This document shows, in pieces, positions 11,790-23,560 of a stretch of 60,000 nt of DNA. Within the stretch, counting starts at the first letter, position 1; the number at the start of each line of letters is the position of its first letter. The stretch is from Felis catus. Taxonomy: Eukaryota. The stretch is from the NCBI RefSeq assembly GCF_018350175.1, contig NC_058369.1, forward strand, positions 12,774,001 through 12,834,000, read 5' to 3'. The notes beneath the pieces are model-generated. The model worked only from the letters and a program-made list of their open reading frames with translations. It searched no databases and was not told the DNA's origin. The translations under genes were made by a program, and so were the position numbers.

Positions 11790-13130
11790 TTAAAAAGAGC
11801 TTTATTAACTGCAGCCGATATACTGTAAACTACACTTCTGTAAAGCGTGCAGTTTGGGGAGTTGTGGCACATGTAAACACTCATGAGCCCACCACCACAA
11901 CCAAGATAGTAAACACATTCATCACCCCAAAAGTCTCCCTGGGCTCCTTTGTCGTCCCAACCTGCACCCTCCCCCCCAAGCAGCCACTGATCCACTTTCT
12001 GTCTCTATAGTCTGCGTTTTCTAGAATTATATATATGTGGAATCATACTGTATACACTCTTTTTACAACTGTATTGAATTTGCAGGTGCCTGACTGGCTC
12101 AGTCAGAAGAATGTACGACTCTTGATCTCGGGGTTGTGAGTTTGAGCCCCACATTGGCTGTAGAGATTAAAGATAAATAACCTTAAAAAAAAAAAAAAAA
12201 AAACCTTTACAGAGGTGAAATTCACATAACGTAGAATTCACCATTTTGAAGTGTACCATTCAGTGGTGGTTAATATATCGTCAGTGTCGGGCAACTTTCA
12301 CCTCTCTCTGGCTGCCGAACAATTTCATTCCCTAAAAGGAAACCCCCTCCCCTTTAGCAGTCACTTCCTCTTCCCTCCACCTGTCTGCCTCCGGCCTCTG
12401 GCAACCACCGATCTGCTTCCTGCCTCGATGGATTTGCTGCTCTGGATGTTTCATTTCAATGGGCTCATACAAAAAAAAATAAAATAAAAATAAAAATAAT
12501 AAATGGGATCATACACTGTGCGGCCTTTCGTGTCTGGCTTCTTTCAACAGTGTTTTCAAGGCTCATCCATATGGTGGCATGTATCAGGGCTTCGTTCCTT
12601 TTTATGGCTGAGTAGTATTCCCCTGTGTGGATGGACCACATTCTGTTCACTCATCAGCTGTTGGACCCTTGGGTCGTTTCCACCTTTCGGCTCTTGTGAA
12701 TCGTGCTGCTGTGAACATGCGTGTACGAGCATTTCTTTGAACACCTACTTTTCAGTTCTTTCAGGTCTGTACCTAGGAGCGGAACTGTTAGGTCTGTGCG
12801 TATTTTTTTTTGGTTGTCTTCTTTCTTTCTCTCAGCACACAGATCCTGAGATTGTTCCGTGTTGTTCCATGCTGTTCTGAGGATTAGGGGTTGGTCCCGC
12901 CTCGTGGCCGAGTAGCGTTGCGTTGTGCGGCTGGTTTGTTCGTCCATTCGCTGGTCGATAAACTTTCGGGTTGTTTCCAGTTTGGAGCTCTTAGAAAAGA
13001 TGCCACAAAGCACATTCGTGTCCAATCCCTCTGGGGGAATCTGCTTCATTTCTCTTGAGTGACTGCTAGGGGGGGAACTGCTGGGTCACATGCTACTTGT
13101 AGAACTAACTTCTAAAAAAATTGCCAAGTG
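11790..13130 (-). mobile_element. L1M 3' fragments, with a short old SINEC at 12083-12203
   Basis: gccactgatccactttctgtctctatag; tttatggctgagtagtattcc; ttgtttccagtttggagct. Confidence 0.7.
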
Positions 13131-13383
13131 AGGTCCCAACTAGATGGGCCACGTAATCTAATACAGTCTCTGCAGTATACTGTGGCTGTTTGAAGACCCT
13201 TAGCAATGTTGGTATCTATTTATCTGCTAACCCTGCATAAATGCATCAATCCCAGGGAGTTGCTCAGAGTTACGCATAAAGATGTGTGTCCAGGAAATCA
13301 GAAACCAGCTGCCCGTTGGTAACAGAAGGATCCCACGCTTCACAATTTCTCTATGTGCAGCAACATCATTAAACATCATGTTG

Positions 13384-13506
13384 CAGGCGCCTGGGTGGCT
13401 CAGTTGGTTGAGCATCTGACCCTTGATTTCGGCTCAGGTCATGATCCCAGGGTCTTGGGATCAAACCCTGTGGCAGGCTCTGCGGTGAGCATAGGGCCTG
13501 CTTAAG

Positions 13507-13550
<44 letters not shown>

Positions 13551-13595
13551 CTTCCCCTGCTCGCTCGCTCTCTCTCAAATTTAAAAAAAGAAAAA
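13384..13595 (+). mobile_element. Can-SINE
   Basis: ggcgcctgggtggctcagttgg, long (CT)n, TSD-like atcatgtt. Confidence 0.88.
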
Positions 13596-13963
13596 TCATG
13601 TTTCAAGGTGTATTTTATGACACGGAGAAACGTTCACAGGTACCTACATACCGCATAAAGAACAATCCAGGTGTTGTTAGCATACGTGTGACATTTGTTA
13701 AACTGGGAGAAAATTTCACCAAAATTACTTAATTTTGGAGAAAGTTTGAAAAAATAAATATTCCCGCCTCCCCCCACCCCGGACCTTCCTACAGCTGGCC
13801 ACGTGAACTATTGTAACAGCTTCGTAATGTATAATTTTGTTTAGCCTCTCCTTCCCCTGCCCTGCCCACATGCTGCAGGACTTGGTTTCCCAGAGTCCGA
13901 ATCATCTCAGCCTCCAGCGGGCCCTCAAGCTCAGGGTGCTGAGTCATACTTCCTTCTAGGGTA

Positions 13964-14190
13964 CAGGTCAGCAAACTTTTTCTTTTCTATTTTTTTGTTG
14001 TTGTTGTTGTTTTCAGTTACCTTTTTCTGTAAAGGACTGGAAAATAAGTATGTTTGGCTTTCCGGGCCTCAAGGTTACAGGCTTTCATAACTATTTAGTT
14101 TGATTGTTACAACAAAAGCCACCGTAGATGTGTAAACGAATGCACTACATTCCAATGAAACTTTATTTCCAAAAACAAGGGGCGGGCCTT
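13964..14190 (+). mobile_element. MER58A
   Basis: caggtcagcaaactttt...ctgtaaagg...ttccaatgaaactttattt. Confidence 0.7.
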
Positions 14191-14549
14191 CCATACTCTT
14201 CTCCCTCTTTTTGCCTTCCTATCGAACGAACTCCTCTTCATCCTTCAGAACCCCTCTTAGATGTTGCCACTCCGCTAAAGCCTTCTCTGGCTCTCGAGGA
14301 TAGTAACTTCTTGCTGGCGTGGCTGATGCACTCACATTTGTTTGCCTACCAGCTGCTCCCGCTGGGCTTTGAACCAAGGTCTGGTTCATCTTTGTATCCT
14401 CAGCTACGCTTACGTGGCACACACCGAGCCCACACATGACCCATGCTGCGTGCGTGCCTCTCGCTCCAAGACACAAAATGAACTGTTGCCAGCGTTGGCT
14501 GCATGGTCTCTTTTTCCTGCGATGTCTGAAGAAGCAAATGAGGTTTCGT

Positions 14550-14990
14550 TTTGTTTTTTAAATAAACTTTTTCTATTGGAGTTATTTTAGATCTACGGAA
14601 AAGTTGCAGAGACAGTACAAGAGCCCCCTATGCCCCTCCCCCAGCCTCCCCAAATGTAAATATCTTACATTATCGGGGCGTGTTTATACAACTAAGAAAT
14701 GGACGTTGGTACATGGCTTTTAACCAACCTCCTGATGTTATGTGGATGTCACCAGTCCTTCCATTCATGTCCTCTGTCTGGTTGAGGACCCCGTCCGGGG
14801 AACCCACTGCACGTGGTTGCCACATGTCCCCAGTCTCCTCCTGTCTGGATGGTTCCTCCGTCTTTCTGTGTTGCTTAAGACCTCGGTGGTCTTGGGGAAG
14901 GCTGGCCAGGGGGCCTGTAGGATGCCCCTGATCTGCCTAGGTGTGTCTGATGGTACTGTCATGATTAGAGTGAGGTTGTGGGTTCTAGAA
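14550..14990 (-). mobile_element. L1M 3' fragment
   Basis: ttttagatctacggaaaagttgcagagacagtaca...aatatcttacat. Confidence 0.6.
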
Positions 14991-15459
14991 GCAAATGCAG
15001 TCTGAGCAGTTCTCTCAAATGAGTTTTGGGGGGCTCTCGCCGCCTTAGTCCTCCTCTGTGGGGTTTCGGAATCTCTAGGTTTGGGGGCAGGTTCAGTCTT
15101 GCTCAACCCAACGTGCCTCTTGCTGCCCCTCGTGTGTTGGGGGGACATAACCAAGGCCCACAGGGGAACTTGGGGATCTTCTGGGGGAGGTTCTATCAGA
15201 GAGGAGAGGCCAGGAAGGATGTGGGCCGGGAAGGGCTTAACTGAGAGACAGTTATGGCCATTGGACTTGAGGGTCTAAGATGCTGACTTGGGGTGGGGGG
15301 CAGGAACAGGGGCTGGGATGAAGCAAACTCTAGGGGAAGAGTTTGACCTTGGGGGACGGGGGGGGGGGCAGGAATCTGGTGATGTCACTCTGCAAGAGTC
15401 ACAAACCTTGGATCGGGTCACATTTAAGGACAGACAGAGGCTCTTCTACCCTTCTTGCC

Positions 15460-15660
15460 TTTTTTTTTTCTTTGTTTTTGGAGAGACTGTGAGCAGGGGA
15501 GGGAGGGGCAGAGAGAGAGGGGGACAGAGGATCCAAAGCGGGCTCAGCGCTGACAGCTTCAGCGAGCCGGATGCGGGGCTGGAACTCCTGAACCCACGAG
15601 ATCGTGACCTGAGTCAGAGTCGGACGGACGTTCCAACCGGCTGAGCCACCCAGGCGCCCC
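15460..15660 (-). mobile_element. Can-SINE ~145 nt upstream of exon 2
   Basis: Antisense SINE ending gagccacccaggcgcccc; TSD cttcttgc. Confidence 0.88.
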
Positions 15661-15804
15661 CTTCTTGCTTTTCGAGAGAGCCCTGTTAGGGGCAGGGAAG
15701 TCCATCCCGGCCGCGGGTCTGAGACTGTCGGCCGAGGGTTGGGGACCGTGTCCCCCCCCTCCACCACCACAACCACTCTGACCGTGCCACCCTCTCCCTT
15801 CCAG

Positions 15805-15860
15805 CTCCAGGACGCGCGCCCCGAGCCCGGGAGGCATGCTGAGGCCAGGCCAGCGGCAGG
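15805..15860 (+). other. MYO9B: 5' UTR part of exon 2
   Basis: Pyrimidine tract cctctcccttccag ends at 15804; a second possible AG ends at 15810. Confidence 0.75.
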
Positions 15861-16700
15861 ATGAGTGTGAACGAGGCAGGCAGCTCCGGCCGCGGGGGGC
15901 AGGCGGCCTACCACCTGCACATCTACCCGCAGCTGGCCACCAGCGAGAGCCAGGCCTCGTGCCGCGTGACCGCCACCAAGGACAGCACCACGTCCGACGT
16001 CATCCAGGATGCCATCGCCAGCCTCCAGCTGGATGGCACCAAGTGCTACGTGCTGGTGGAGGTGAAGGAGACCGGTGGGGAGGAGTGGGTGCTGGATGCC
16101 AACGACTCGCCCGTGCACCGCGTGCTGCTGTGGCCGCGGCGGGCCCAGGACGAGCACCCGCAGGAGGACGGCTACTACTTCCTGCTGCAGGAGCGCAACG
16201 CGGACGGCACCATCCAGTACGTGCACATGCAGCTGGTGTCCCAGGCCACGGCCACGCGGCGCCTGGTGGAGCGCGGCCTCCTGCCCCGGCCGCAGGCGGA
16301 CTTTGACGACCTGTGCAACCTCCCCGAGCTGACCGAGGAGAACCTCCTGAAGAACCTCAGGCACCGCTTCCTACAGCAGAAGATCTACACGTACGCGGGG
16401 AGCATCCTGGTGGCCGTCAATCCCTTCAAGTTCCTCCCCATCTACAACCCCAAGTACGTGAAGATGTACGAGAACCAGCAGCTGGGCAAGCTGGAGCCGC
16501 ACGTGTTCGCGCTGGCCGACGTGGCCTACTACGCCATGCTCCGGAAGCACGTCAATCAGTGCATCGTGATCTCGGGCGAGAGCGGCTCGGGCAAGACGCA
16601 GAGCACCAACTTCCTGATCCACTGCCTCACCGCGCTCAGCCAGAAGGGCTACGCCAGCGGCGTCGAGAGGACCATCCTGGGCGCCGGCCCCGTGCTGGAG
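15861..16700 (+). CDS. MYO9B: Myosin IXb exon 2: RA domain and start of motor domain with P-loop
   Basis: [11 protein letters not shown]...[16 protein letters not shown]...[16 protein letters not shown]...GAGPVLE; start context aggATG; donor gag|gtgagg; 280 codons. Confidence 0.97.
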
Positions 16701-16799
16701 GTGAGGTGTCGCTCTTGCTAACGCGTGGGTGTTACTCTCGTCCAGCTGCGCCGGGACCACTGCCGTGGAGAAGACCGTTTCTTACACTCCGGGTGTCCT

Positions 16800-17160
16800 G
16801 GAAATGGGGCGGGGTGGGGGGCGGGGGGGCTCGGCCGGCCACGCGGGGCCACGCCGGGAAGCACCGGGGCTGGAGCGAGGAGAAACCATGGGCACGGTCT
16901 CTGTTGTGGTTTTCACGGGAAGCAACGGGGGAGCCGGGGTGGGCAGGCTTAGAATTAGCCAGGCTGGAGAATTCCGGGGGCTCCGGGAGGTAGGGGCTGC
17001 GCTGCTTGCCTGGTACTCGGCCCCCGGGGTGATCAGGGCGGGGGAAGGTGGCCCTGGTAACAGAAGTGGTGGCGGCATGGGCCCTGGCATGGTTGGCTTG
17101 CCTAGGCGAGGCACACTCACGGGTGAGTCCTTTGCTCTCAAGAATTAGCTAGCCTAGGGG
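16800..17160. mobile_element. Probable ancient LTR fragment (family uncertain)
   Basis: ttgtggttttcacgggaag...gcaggcttagaattagcc...ggggtgatcagggcgggg resembles recalled old eutherian LTR consensus. Confidence 0.4.
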
Positions 17161-17764
17161 AGGGGCAGTGCCTTCAGGGCCGGCCAGGCCTCCTGATATC
17201 AAAGCATCAGCTTGTAGGGAATAAAGGGCCTGATTAATACACTGTTAATCTCTACCGGGCGGGCGGTGATCTATACTCCAGTTCCAGAAAGAAAAGGACG
17301 GGCGTGTCCAAACTGAACAGTTCGTGACAGGGTGTTTTCGGCAATGGAGCCTGTGTTCGGAAGGAAACCGGCAAGGCAGGGTGCGGGCCTGGGGGGCTAG
17401 GGGACAGTGAGGCCAAGAGAGGGGGCCTCCTGGCATCACCATAAAGGCGGTGGGTGAGGAAGCCCCCTCCACCCTCCATCCGACGTCTCCATTGGCCAGA
17501 CCCCACAGAAGCCGTTGGTGCATCACTGTGACTGAGCCCTCTGGATGCAGGGGCAGTGGCAAGGACCACCCAGCACCCCTCACTCTTGGGGTCTTGGTGC
17601 CAGATGCATCCGTGTCTCAGATCACGGTGTAACTTTCGCCACCCGGTGAGGGCTGGGACAACGCATGGGCCCGGGGGTCTGTGCCTGTGGGTTTGGAGTT
17701 CAGGGCTCTGCTCTTTTTTCCTCCAAGTAGATTGTGTCAGAATTAAGTGTTTCTAAATAATTAA

Positions 17765-18570
17765 GTTTTATTAAATATAACGATGGAAGTTCTATTTCTT
17801 AGAGCGTTTGGGTTTATAGAAATATTGAGCCAGACAGTACAGAGAATGCCCACTTATCCCCTCACTCTCCACACTTTCCCCATTATGTTTTTCTTGTAAT
17901 TGGGAAAAAAAATTTTTTTTTTTTTTTAATTTATTTTGAGAGACAGAGAGCAACAGAGCATGAGCAGGGGAGGGGCAGAGGGAAGGAGACACAGAATCCG
18001 AAGCAGGCTCCGGGCCCTGAGCTGTCGGCACAGAGCCCGACGTGGGGCCCGACCCCCTGAACCGGGAGATCATGACCTGAGCCGAAGTCAGACGCTTAAA
18101 CCGTCCACCCGGGCGCCCCCGCTTTCCCCGTTATTAACGTCTTACGTTAGCATGTTACGTTTGTTGTAGTAGATGAGCCAGTGTTGACATACGATTATTA
18201 ACTCAAGTCCATTATTTACACTGGGGTTCACTCTTGGTGTTGCGTATTCTGTGGGTTTGGAGAAAGGCACAGCGTCACCAACTAGGCGCCAATACCCCGT
18301 CATACAGAGTAACTCCACTGCCCTCAAGTCCTCCGGCCTACTCATCCCTCCCCCCAGCCCTGGCAGCCCCTGATCCCTTTACTGGCTCCATAGCTTTGCC
18401 TTTTCCTGGATTCCATAGAGTTGGATTCGTACTGGCCGTAGCCTTTCCAGACCAGCTTCTTTCACTTAGTAACACACATTTGAGGTTCCTTCGTGGCTTA
18501 AGAGCTCGTTCCTTCATCTCGCGGACTAATACCGCACCATCTGGGTGTGTTGTAGTCTGTCCATCCACAG
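17765..18570 (-). mobile_element. L1M 3' fragment containing a SINE
   Basis: gtttatagaaatattgagc...ggggttcactcttggtgttg...cttctttcacttagtaa. Confidence 0.7.
17912..18120 (-). mobile_element. SINEC_Fc
   Basis: gacacagaatccgaagcaggctc...catgacctgagccgaagtc...gggcgcccc. Confidence 0.88.
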
Positions 18571-19843
18571 GACCCCAGACCCTCCTTTCGCAGGGTAGGG
18601 GGGTGGGGGCCTACCCACCCTGAAGTGTTGACCTCCAGCCTCTGGTTGATCCTCCCTCCCCGCCAAGCCTAAGGCCTGACACAGCCACTCTGCTGCCATG
18701 CAAATTCACTGAAAGCGCATCTAGCCTACGCCTGCCGAGCACATTTCGGTTCCTCTTCCCCCCTGACGATGTCCGAGATCACCAGCAAGAAGTTAATTGG
18801 GGTTGTCCAGTCTGGCCCTGTGCCAGCACGTATAGCCGGCCTGTTTCTTCTCCTATACACGTAACATAGAGATCAGCCATCGTTTTTTGTGCAAGCGTTT
18901 TAAAAACTACTGAGGGATCAGCCACCGCGCGTGTGTTTCCTTTTAAAGCTGTGTACCCTGCACGTGTTGTCGCCTCCTCTGTTCAGATCATCTGTTCCTT
19001 CTGCAAATACTCTGCGCGTACATCTGCCACATGCCAGCCACCGTTCTAGGCACTGGGCTGTGTGGTGGCCCAAATCGACACAGAGCCTACCCTCGCAGGG
19101 CGGTCATCCCAGCAATGAGGCGGCAGGCAGCGAAACAAACAGCAGGCCTCGTGTGCGAGCTGAGTGCCAGCCAGGATGGCACGCATGCCCAAGGAAGAAG
19201 GGTTAAGGGGACAGGAGGTGAGAGGTGGTGCTGAGCTGGGCCCAGAAGGAGGTCAGGTGAGCCACACGGCATCTAGACGGAGGGCACGGCCAGCACAAAG
19301 CCTCGGAGGCTAGACTGAGCCTGGCGTGTTGGGGCCTGGAGGGCACAAGAAAGGGCCAGGGCAAGAGGCAGTGAGGACAGGGAGGTGATAGGGAAGTGAC
19401 GAGCAGATCGTTTGGGACGCTGTGTGCTGCAGGGAGGGTTCATGTGACGTGGGAGCTACGAAGGGCGCCCATCGGTCGGTCTGGCTCCATCCCAGCTCTG
19501 GAACTTAGCGTCAGCGAAGCTCCCGGTGATCCCGCGGCCTCGCGGCGATAGTCCGTGGCCATGACAGGCACCCCAGGCCAAAGCAGCAGTGCCTGGCTCT
19601 GTGGTCCCAGGTAGAATGGAGCAGGCCACTGGCGGTGTTAGAAGTTAAGTACGGAAACAAGAGGGCAGACACAGCATTGGCCAAATCAAGCATTTACCCC
19701 TCACTGAACCGGGCAGGCAGGTAGATCTGCCCGTGCTCGGTGTGGACGCCAAGCCCCAAGGTCTCAACGCAACACAGTGAAGAGGCAGGAGTGACGTCAC
19801 GGTGCCATTTCCTTTTCTAGCTGAGGACCATCCCCAGCCCCGG

Positions 19844-20240
19844 GGTGAGGTCCCGCGGCTGCCGTAACAAGTTACCGCAAACCCGGGTGGCTTAAAACAA
19901 CGGAAGCCTTTTTCTCACGGAAGTCTGAGTGCAAGGTGTCCAGCAGGGCCCGGCCCCTCTCAAGGCTCTGGGAGAGGGTCCTTCGTCACCTCTTCCAGCT
20001 TCCTGAGCCTGAGGCTCCGGCGTTCCTTGGCTTGTGGCCGCGTCACCCTAATCTCTGCCTCTGTTGTCACGTGGCCTGTCCCTTCTGATAAAGACACCAG
20101 TCATTGGATTTGGGGCCCACCCGACTCCAGGATGACCTCACCCTAACTAATTACGTCAGCAAAGACCCCGTTTCCAAAGAAGGCTACGTCCACAGGGCTC
20201 AGCACACGGACGGGTTAGGAGACAGGCCCACCCACAGCAA
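19844..20240 (-). mobile_element. MLT1 LTR
   Basis: gctgccgtaacaagttaccgcaaacccgggtggcttaaaacaac...cattggatttggggcccac. Confidence 0.8.
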
Positions 20241-20614
20241 CCCCCTGTTGGACATAGAGCTGTCAGCCTCGCTGCCTTCTTCTCTGAGGGCCGCCCTTGC
20301 ACAGCAGTTGTCCTGGGAGCTCTTCCCCTGCAGTTGCCCCAAGGGATTCTGGCACATTCTTCGAGGGCCGTTAGTCACCCTCCTTGCCTGGTGTCTGCAC
20401 CTCATGAGTCAGATGCCTCCGACCCCGCCCTGCTGCCTCCCTCCAGCCTCGGCGGCGTGAGCCAGCAAGGCCAAGTTTCCCCAGCGGTTAGGAGCTCCTG
20501 GAGGGCGGTGCCCACGCTGGCTTCCAAAACAGGCTTGAGCCAAGTCCACGTCACGGCCATAAACGTGCTTCCTGGGGCGACCGTTTGGAAAGGGAGAAGA
20601 TTGTTGTAGTGTAG

Positions 20615-20831
20615 AGCTGGGCTTTCTCGGCCAAAGCACCACCGGCGCCCGGGGCCAGGTCACTGCCCGGTGGGGTCATCCTGTGCGCTGCGGGCTGTCG
20701 AGCGGTGCTCCTGGCCTCCGCCCCCCAGATGCCACTGGCACCATCTCCCCCCAGATGTGACAACCGAAAATGTCCCCAGACATTACTAAGTGTCCCATGG
20801 GGGCAGATTATCCCCCAGATGAGAACAACCG
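20615..20831 (+). mobile_element. MER20
   Basis: tgtgacaaccgaaaatgtccccagacatt...gagaacaacc. Confidence 0.75.
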
Positions 20832-21066
20832 TCTCAGAGTCACAGCTCCGGATCCCACGAGACCAAGCTGTTTATTTCCAGCCCCGACCGTTGAGAAATT
20901 GTTCACAAGTTCCAGCCAGTCTGAGCAAAACGCCAAGAGTCACTTTCTAATAACAGGAATAATTTGTTGTTGTGCCTTTGGGTACACTTTCCATCCGTTG
21001 GGGTCCTTGACAACACTTCTGCCCATTTTAAAGATGAGGAAACAGGGTCCCGGAGGGGCATGCTGG

Positions 21067-21565
21067 TGTGCAAGTGTCCTGGGGCTGCCGTCACAAAGCG
21101 CCACCAACAGGGGTGTGGGGACGGGGTGGGGGGGGGGTGCGCTTAAAACAAGCAGGAATTAATTCTGTCACAGTCCCGGAGGTCAGAAGTCCATAATCAG
21201 GTTGTGGGCTTGGTGGGTTCCTCCTGCAGGCTCTGAAGGAGTCTGTCCCTGGCCCTCTCCTGGCTCTGTTGGCCACCGACAGTCCTTTGGTGTTCCTTGG
21301 CTTGTGGTAGCACCTCTCCGTTCTCTGCCTCTGCCTTCACATGGCCTTCTTCCCTCTGTGTCGCTGTGTCTCTAATTTACTTCCTCGTATAAGGATGCTT
21401 GTCACTGGATTTAGGACCCACCCCAAACCCAGGATGATCTCACCTCAAGATCCTTATTTTAATTACATCTGCAGAAACCCTATTTCCAAATAAGGTCTCC
21501 TTCACAGGCTCCAGGGATCAGGACTCGGGCATACCTTTCGAGGGGGCACAAGTCAGCCCGCTACG
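21067..21565 (-). mobile_element. MLT1 LTR
   Basis: ggggctgccgtcacaaag...ggaggtcagaagtcc...attacatctgcagaaaccctatttccaaataagg. Confidence 0.82.
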
Positions 21566-22973
21566 GTCTGGGTTCCCCAGGCCACGCCGCAGGCAGCCAT
21601 GGCTGGACCGTGGTTGGAACCTGGCCTGAGTCTGAGCCTGAGTTCATGGTACGTCTCTGTCTTCACGAGAGATTTCCTCAGCCCCGGGGGCTGTAGGAGG
21701 CCAAAGATCGACACGTCCTGTGGCCTTTGGGACTTTTTCTCAGCTCCCTGAAAGGAGAAGTTGAGTTGTTTTGAGGTTTGGGTGTCGCCAGGCCGCTCCC
21801 CCCACTTGTGGGTTGCAGCCTCGCTATGCAATTCTGACCAGAAAACAGGAAGGGGGCACTGTGGAAAGCCGGTTCCAATCAGCTGATCCGCCCGCCCCTG
21901 CAGTTAACTGTTACTGTCACTTATTGTCACCATTTCACACGATGTCACTCGGCCGTGCTCTGCCCCCCTGCAGCCCGGCCCCCAAACTGCCTCTAGAAGC
22001 GTGACATTTGTGCAGGACTGTTGTTTCGGCTCAGATGTACTGAAGGCAGGAAAAAAGAAAGCAACACCGAAGTTGCAGAAGGCAGGCAGGCTCACTAGGG
22101 CAGCGAGTGGCCGGGGTCCTCCTTCCTGTGTGCTGGGGTCCATTGCCCACCCTGGGTGCCCTCGGAGAACCTGCCGACTCTAGACACGGGCAACTGAGGC
22201 GTCGGCCCCTGGGCTGGCCACAAAGCATGCCCAGGCGCGCTCCTCTCCCTGGGCCCACAGACCTCAGCCTCAGGGCTGAGGCGGCTCTCTTCATCTGTCC
22301 TGAACTGTGACAGTTGCCACCAGCATTTGCTGATGCACACAGAATTTTAATTTTGAAAGCAGAAATGAAACAAGGATGCTTGCTGGCCAGGCCATTTTCC
22401 CAAGCAGCCAAAGGCCGCTGCTTGCTGGGGTTCGGGACCTTCATGTAGCTACCGCGGCCTGGCCCATGCAGACACAGGATCCTGGCTGAGAGATGGTGAC
22501 ACCCTGAACCATCTGGCACACCCGTGGGAGGCCGGTGACCTGGTTCAGCGTGATGTGGGACCAAGGGGGTCCTGGAGCTCACTGCTGCCCCTCACCCACT
22601 TCCGGGGGCGCTGAAGGAGCCAGTCCTGGGACTGGCATCTATGCCCACTTCGGTCCTGAGCCCCAGCCCCCTTTGGGGCCCACAAATCCAGTCTCCTGTG
22701 ACTCGACAGCTCCCAGCCCCCCTCCACCCACCAGACTACTGGTTCTGTTCCTACTACCATCCATTAGCACCAGTTCAGTCCACCCAGGACTGCATGCCAT
22801 CGTCCTCCCTACCCTTTGCTCTCAGGGACACCTGCCCAGACTATATCCTTCATTCCCACAATTGCACGGATGGGCCAGCCCAGTGGTGAGGGCACACAGG
22901 TGAAGCCACTCAGCCAGGGTGACCCCGATAGAAGGTTCCAGAAACAGGTGTATGCCTCTGCAGTTAGGGTTTC

Positions 22974-23180
22974 TTTTTTTTTTTTTTAAGTTTATTTATT
23001 TTGAGAGAGAGAGAGCGAGTGAGCAGGGGAGGAACAGAGAGAGAGCAAGAGAATCCCAAGCAGGCTCCCCTCTGTCAGCGCAGAGCCGGATGTGGGGCTC
23101 AAACTCACAAACCATGAGATCGTGACCTGAGCCAAAATCAAGAGTCAGACGCTTAACTGACTGAGCCACCCAGGCACCCC
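22974..23180 (-). mobile_element. Can-SINE
   Basis: 16-bp TSD tgcagttagggtttct on both sides. Confidence 0.92.
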
Positions 23181-23204
23181 TGCAGTTAGGGTTTCTATTT
23201 AAGC

Positions 23205-23560
23205 TCTTTATTGAGACATAATTCACCCATTTCAAGTGTACAATTCGGTACTATTCAGTACATTCACCGTGTTGAACAGCCACCACCTCTATCTAGTTCC
23301 AGAACATTTCCATCCCCCCAAAAAGATACACCATGAGCAGCCATTCCCCATCCCCCGCCCCGGCCCCTGGCAACCACCAGTCTGCTTTCTGTCTCTATGG
23401 ATCTGCCTGCTCTGGACGTTTCCTATAAATGGAATCATACACCGTGTGGCCTTTTGTGTCTGGCTTCTTTCACTCGGCACGGTGTTTCCGAGGTTCACCC
23501 ACCTTGTGGCGTGAGTCAGTGCTTCGTTCCTTTCTGTGGCCGAGCAGCACTTCCATCCTG
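23205..23560 (-). mobile_element. L1M 3' fragment
   Basis: ttattgagacataattcac...ccctggcaaccacc...ggaatcatac. Confidence 0.75.

Larger units (their letters stand above)
15700..17050. promoter_or_regulatory. CpG-rich, GC-rich domain over exon 2
   Basis: Visibly high CpG density across exon 2 and flanks; not computed. Confidence 0.55.

Noticed and set aside
15399..16760. Long antisense ORFs (321 aa, 129 aa) opposite exon 2
   Set aside because: Shadow frames of a GC3-rich coding exon; the 321-aa ORF runs into a SINE.
16313..16993. 226-aa + strand ORF
   Set aside because: Alternate frame of exon 2 running into GC-rich intron; no recognisable protein.
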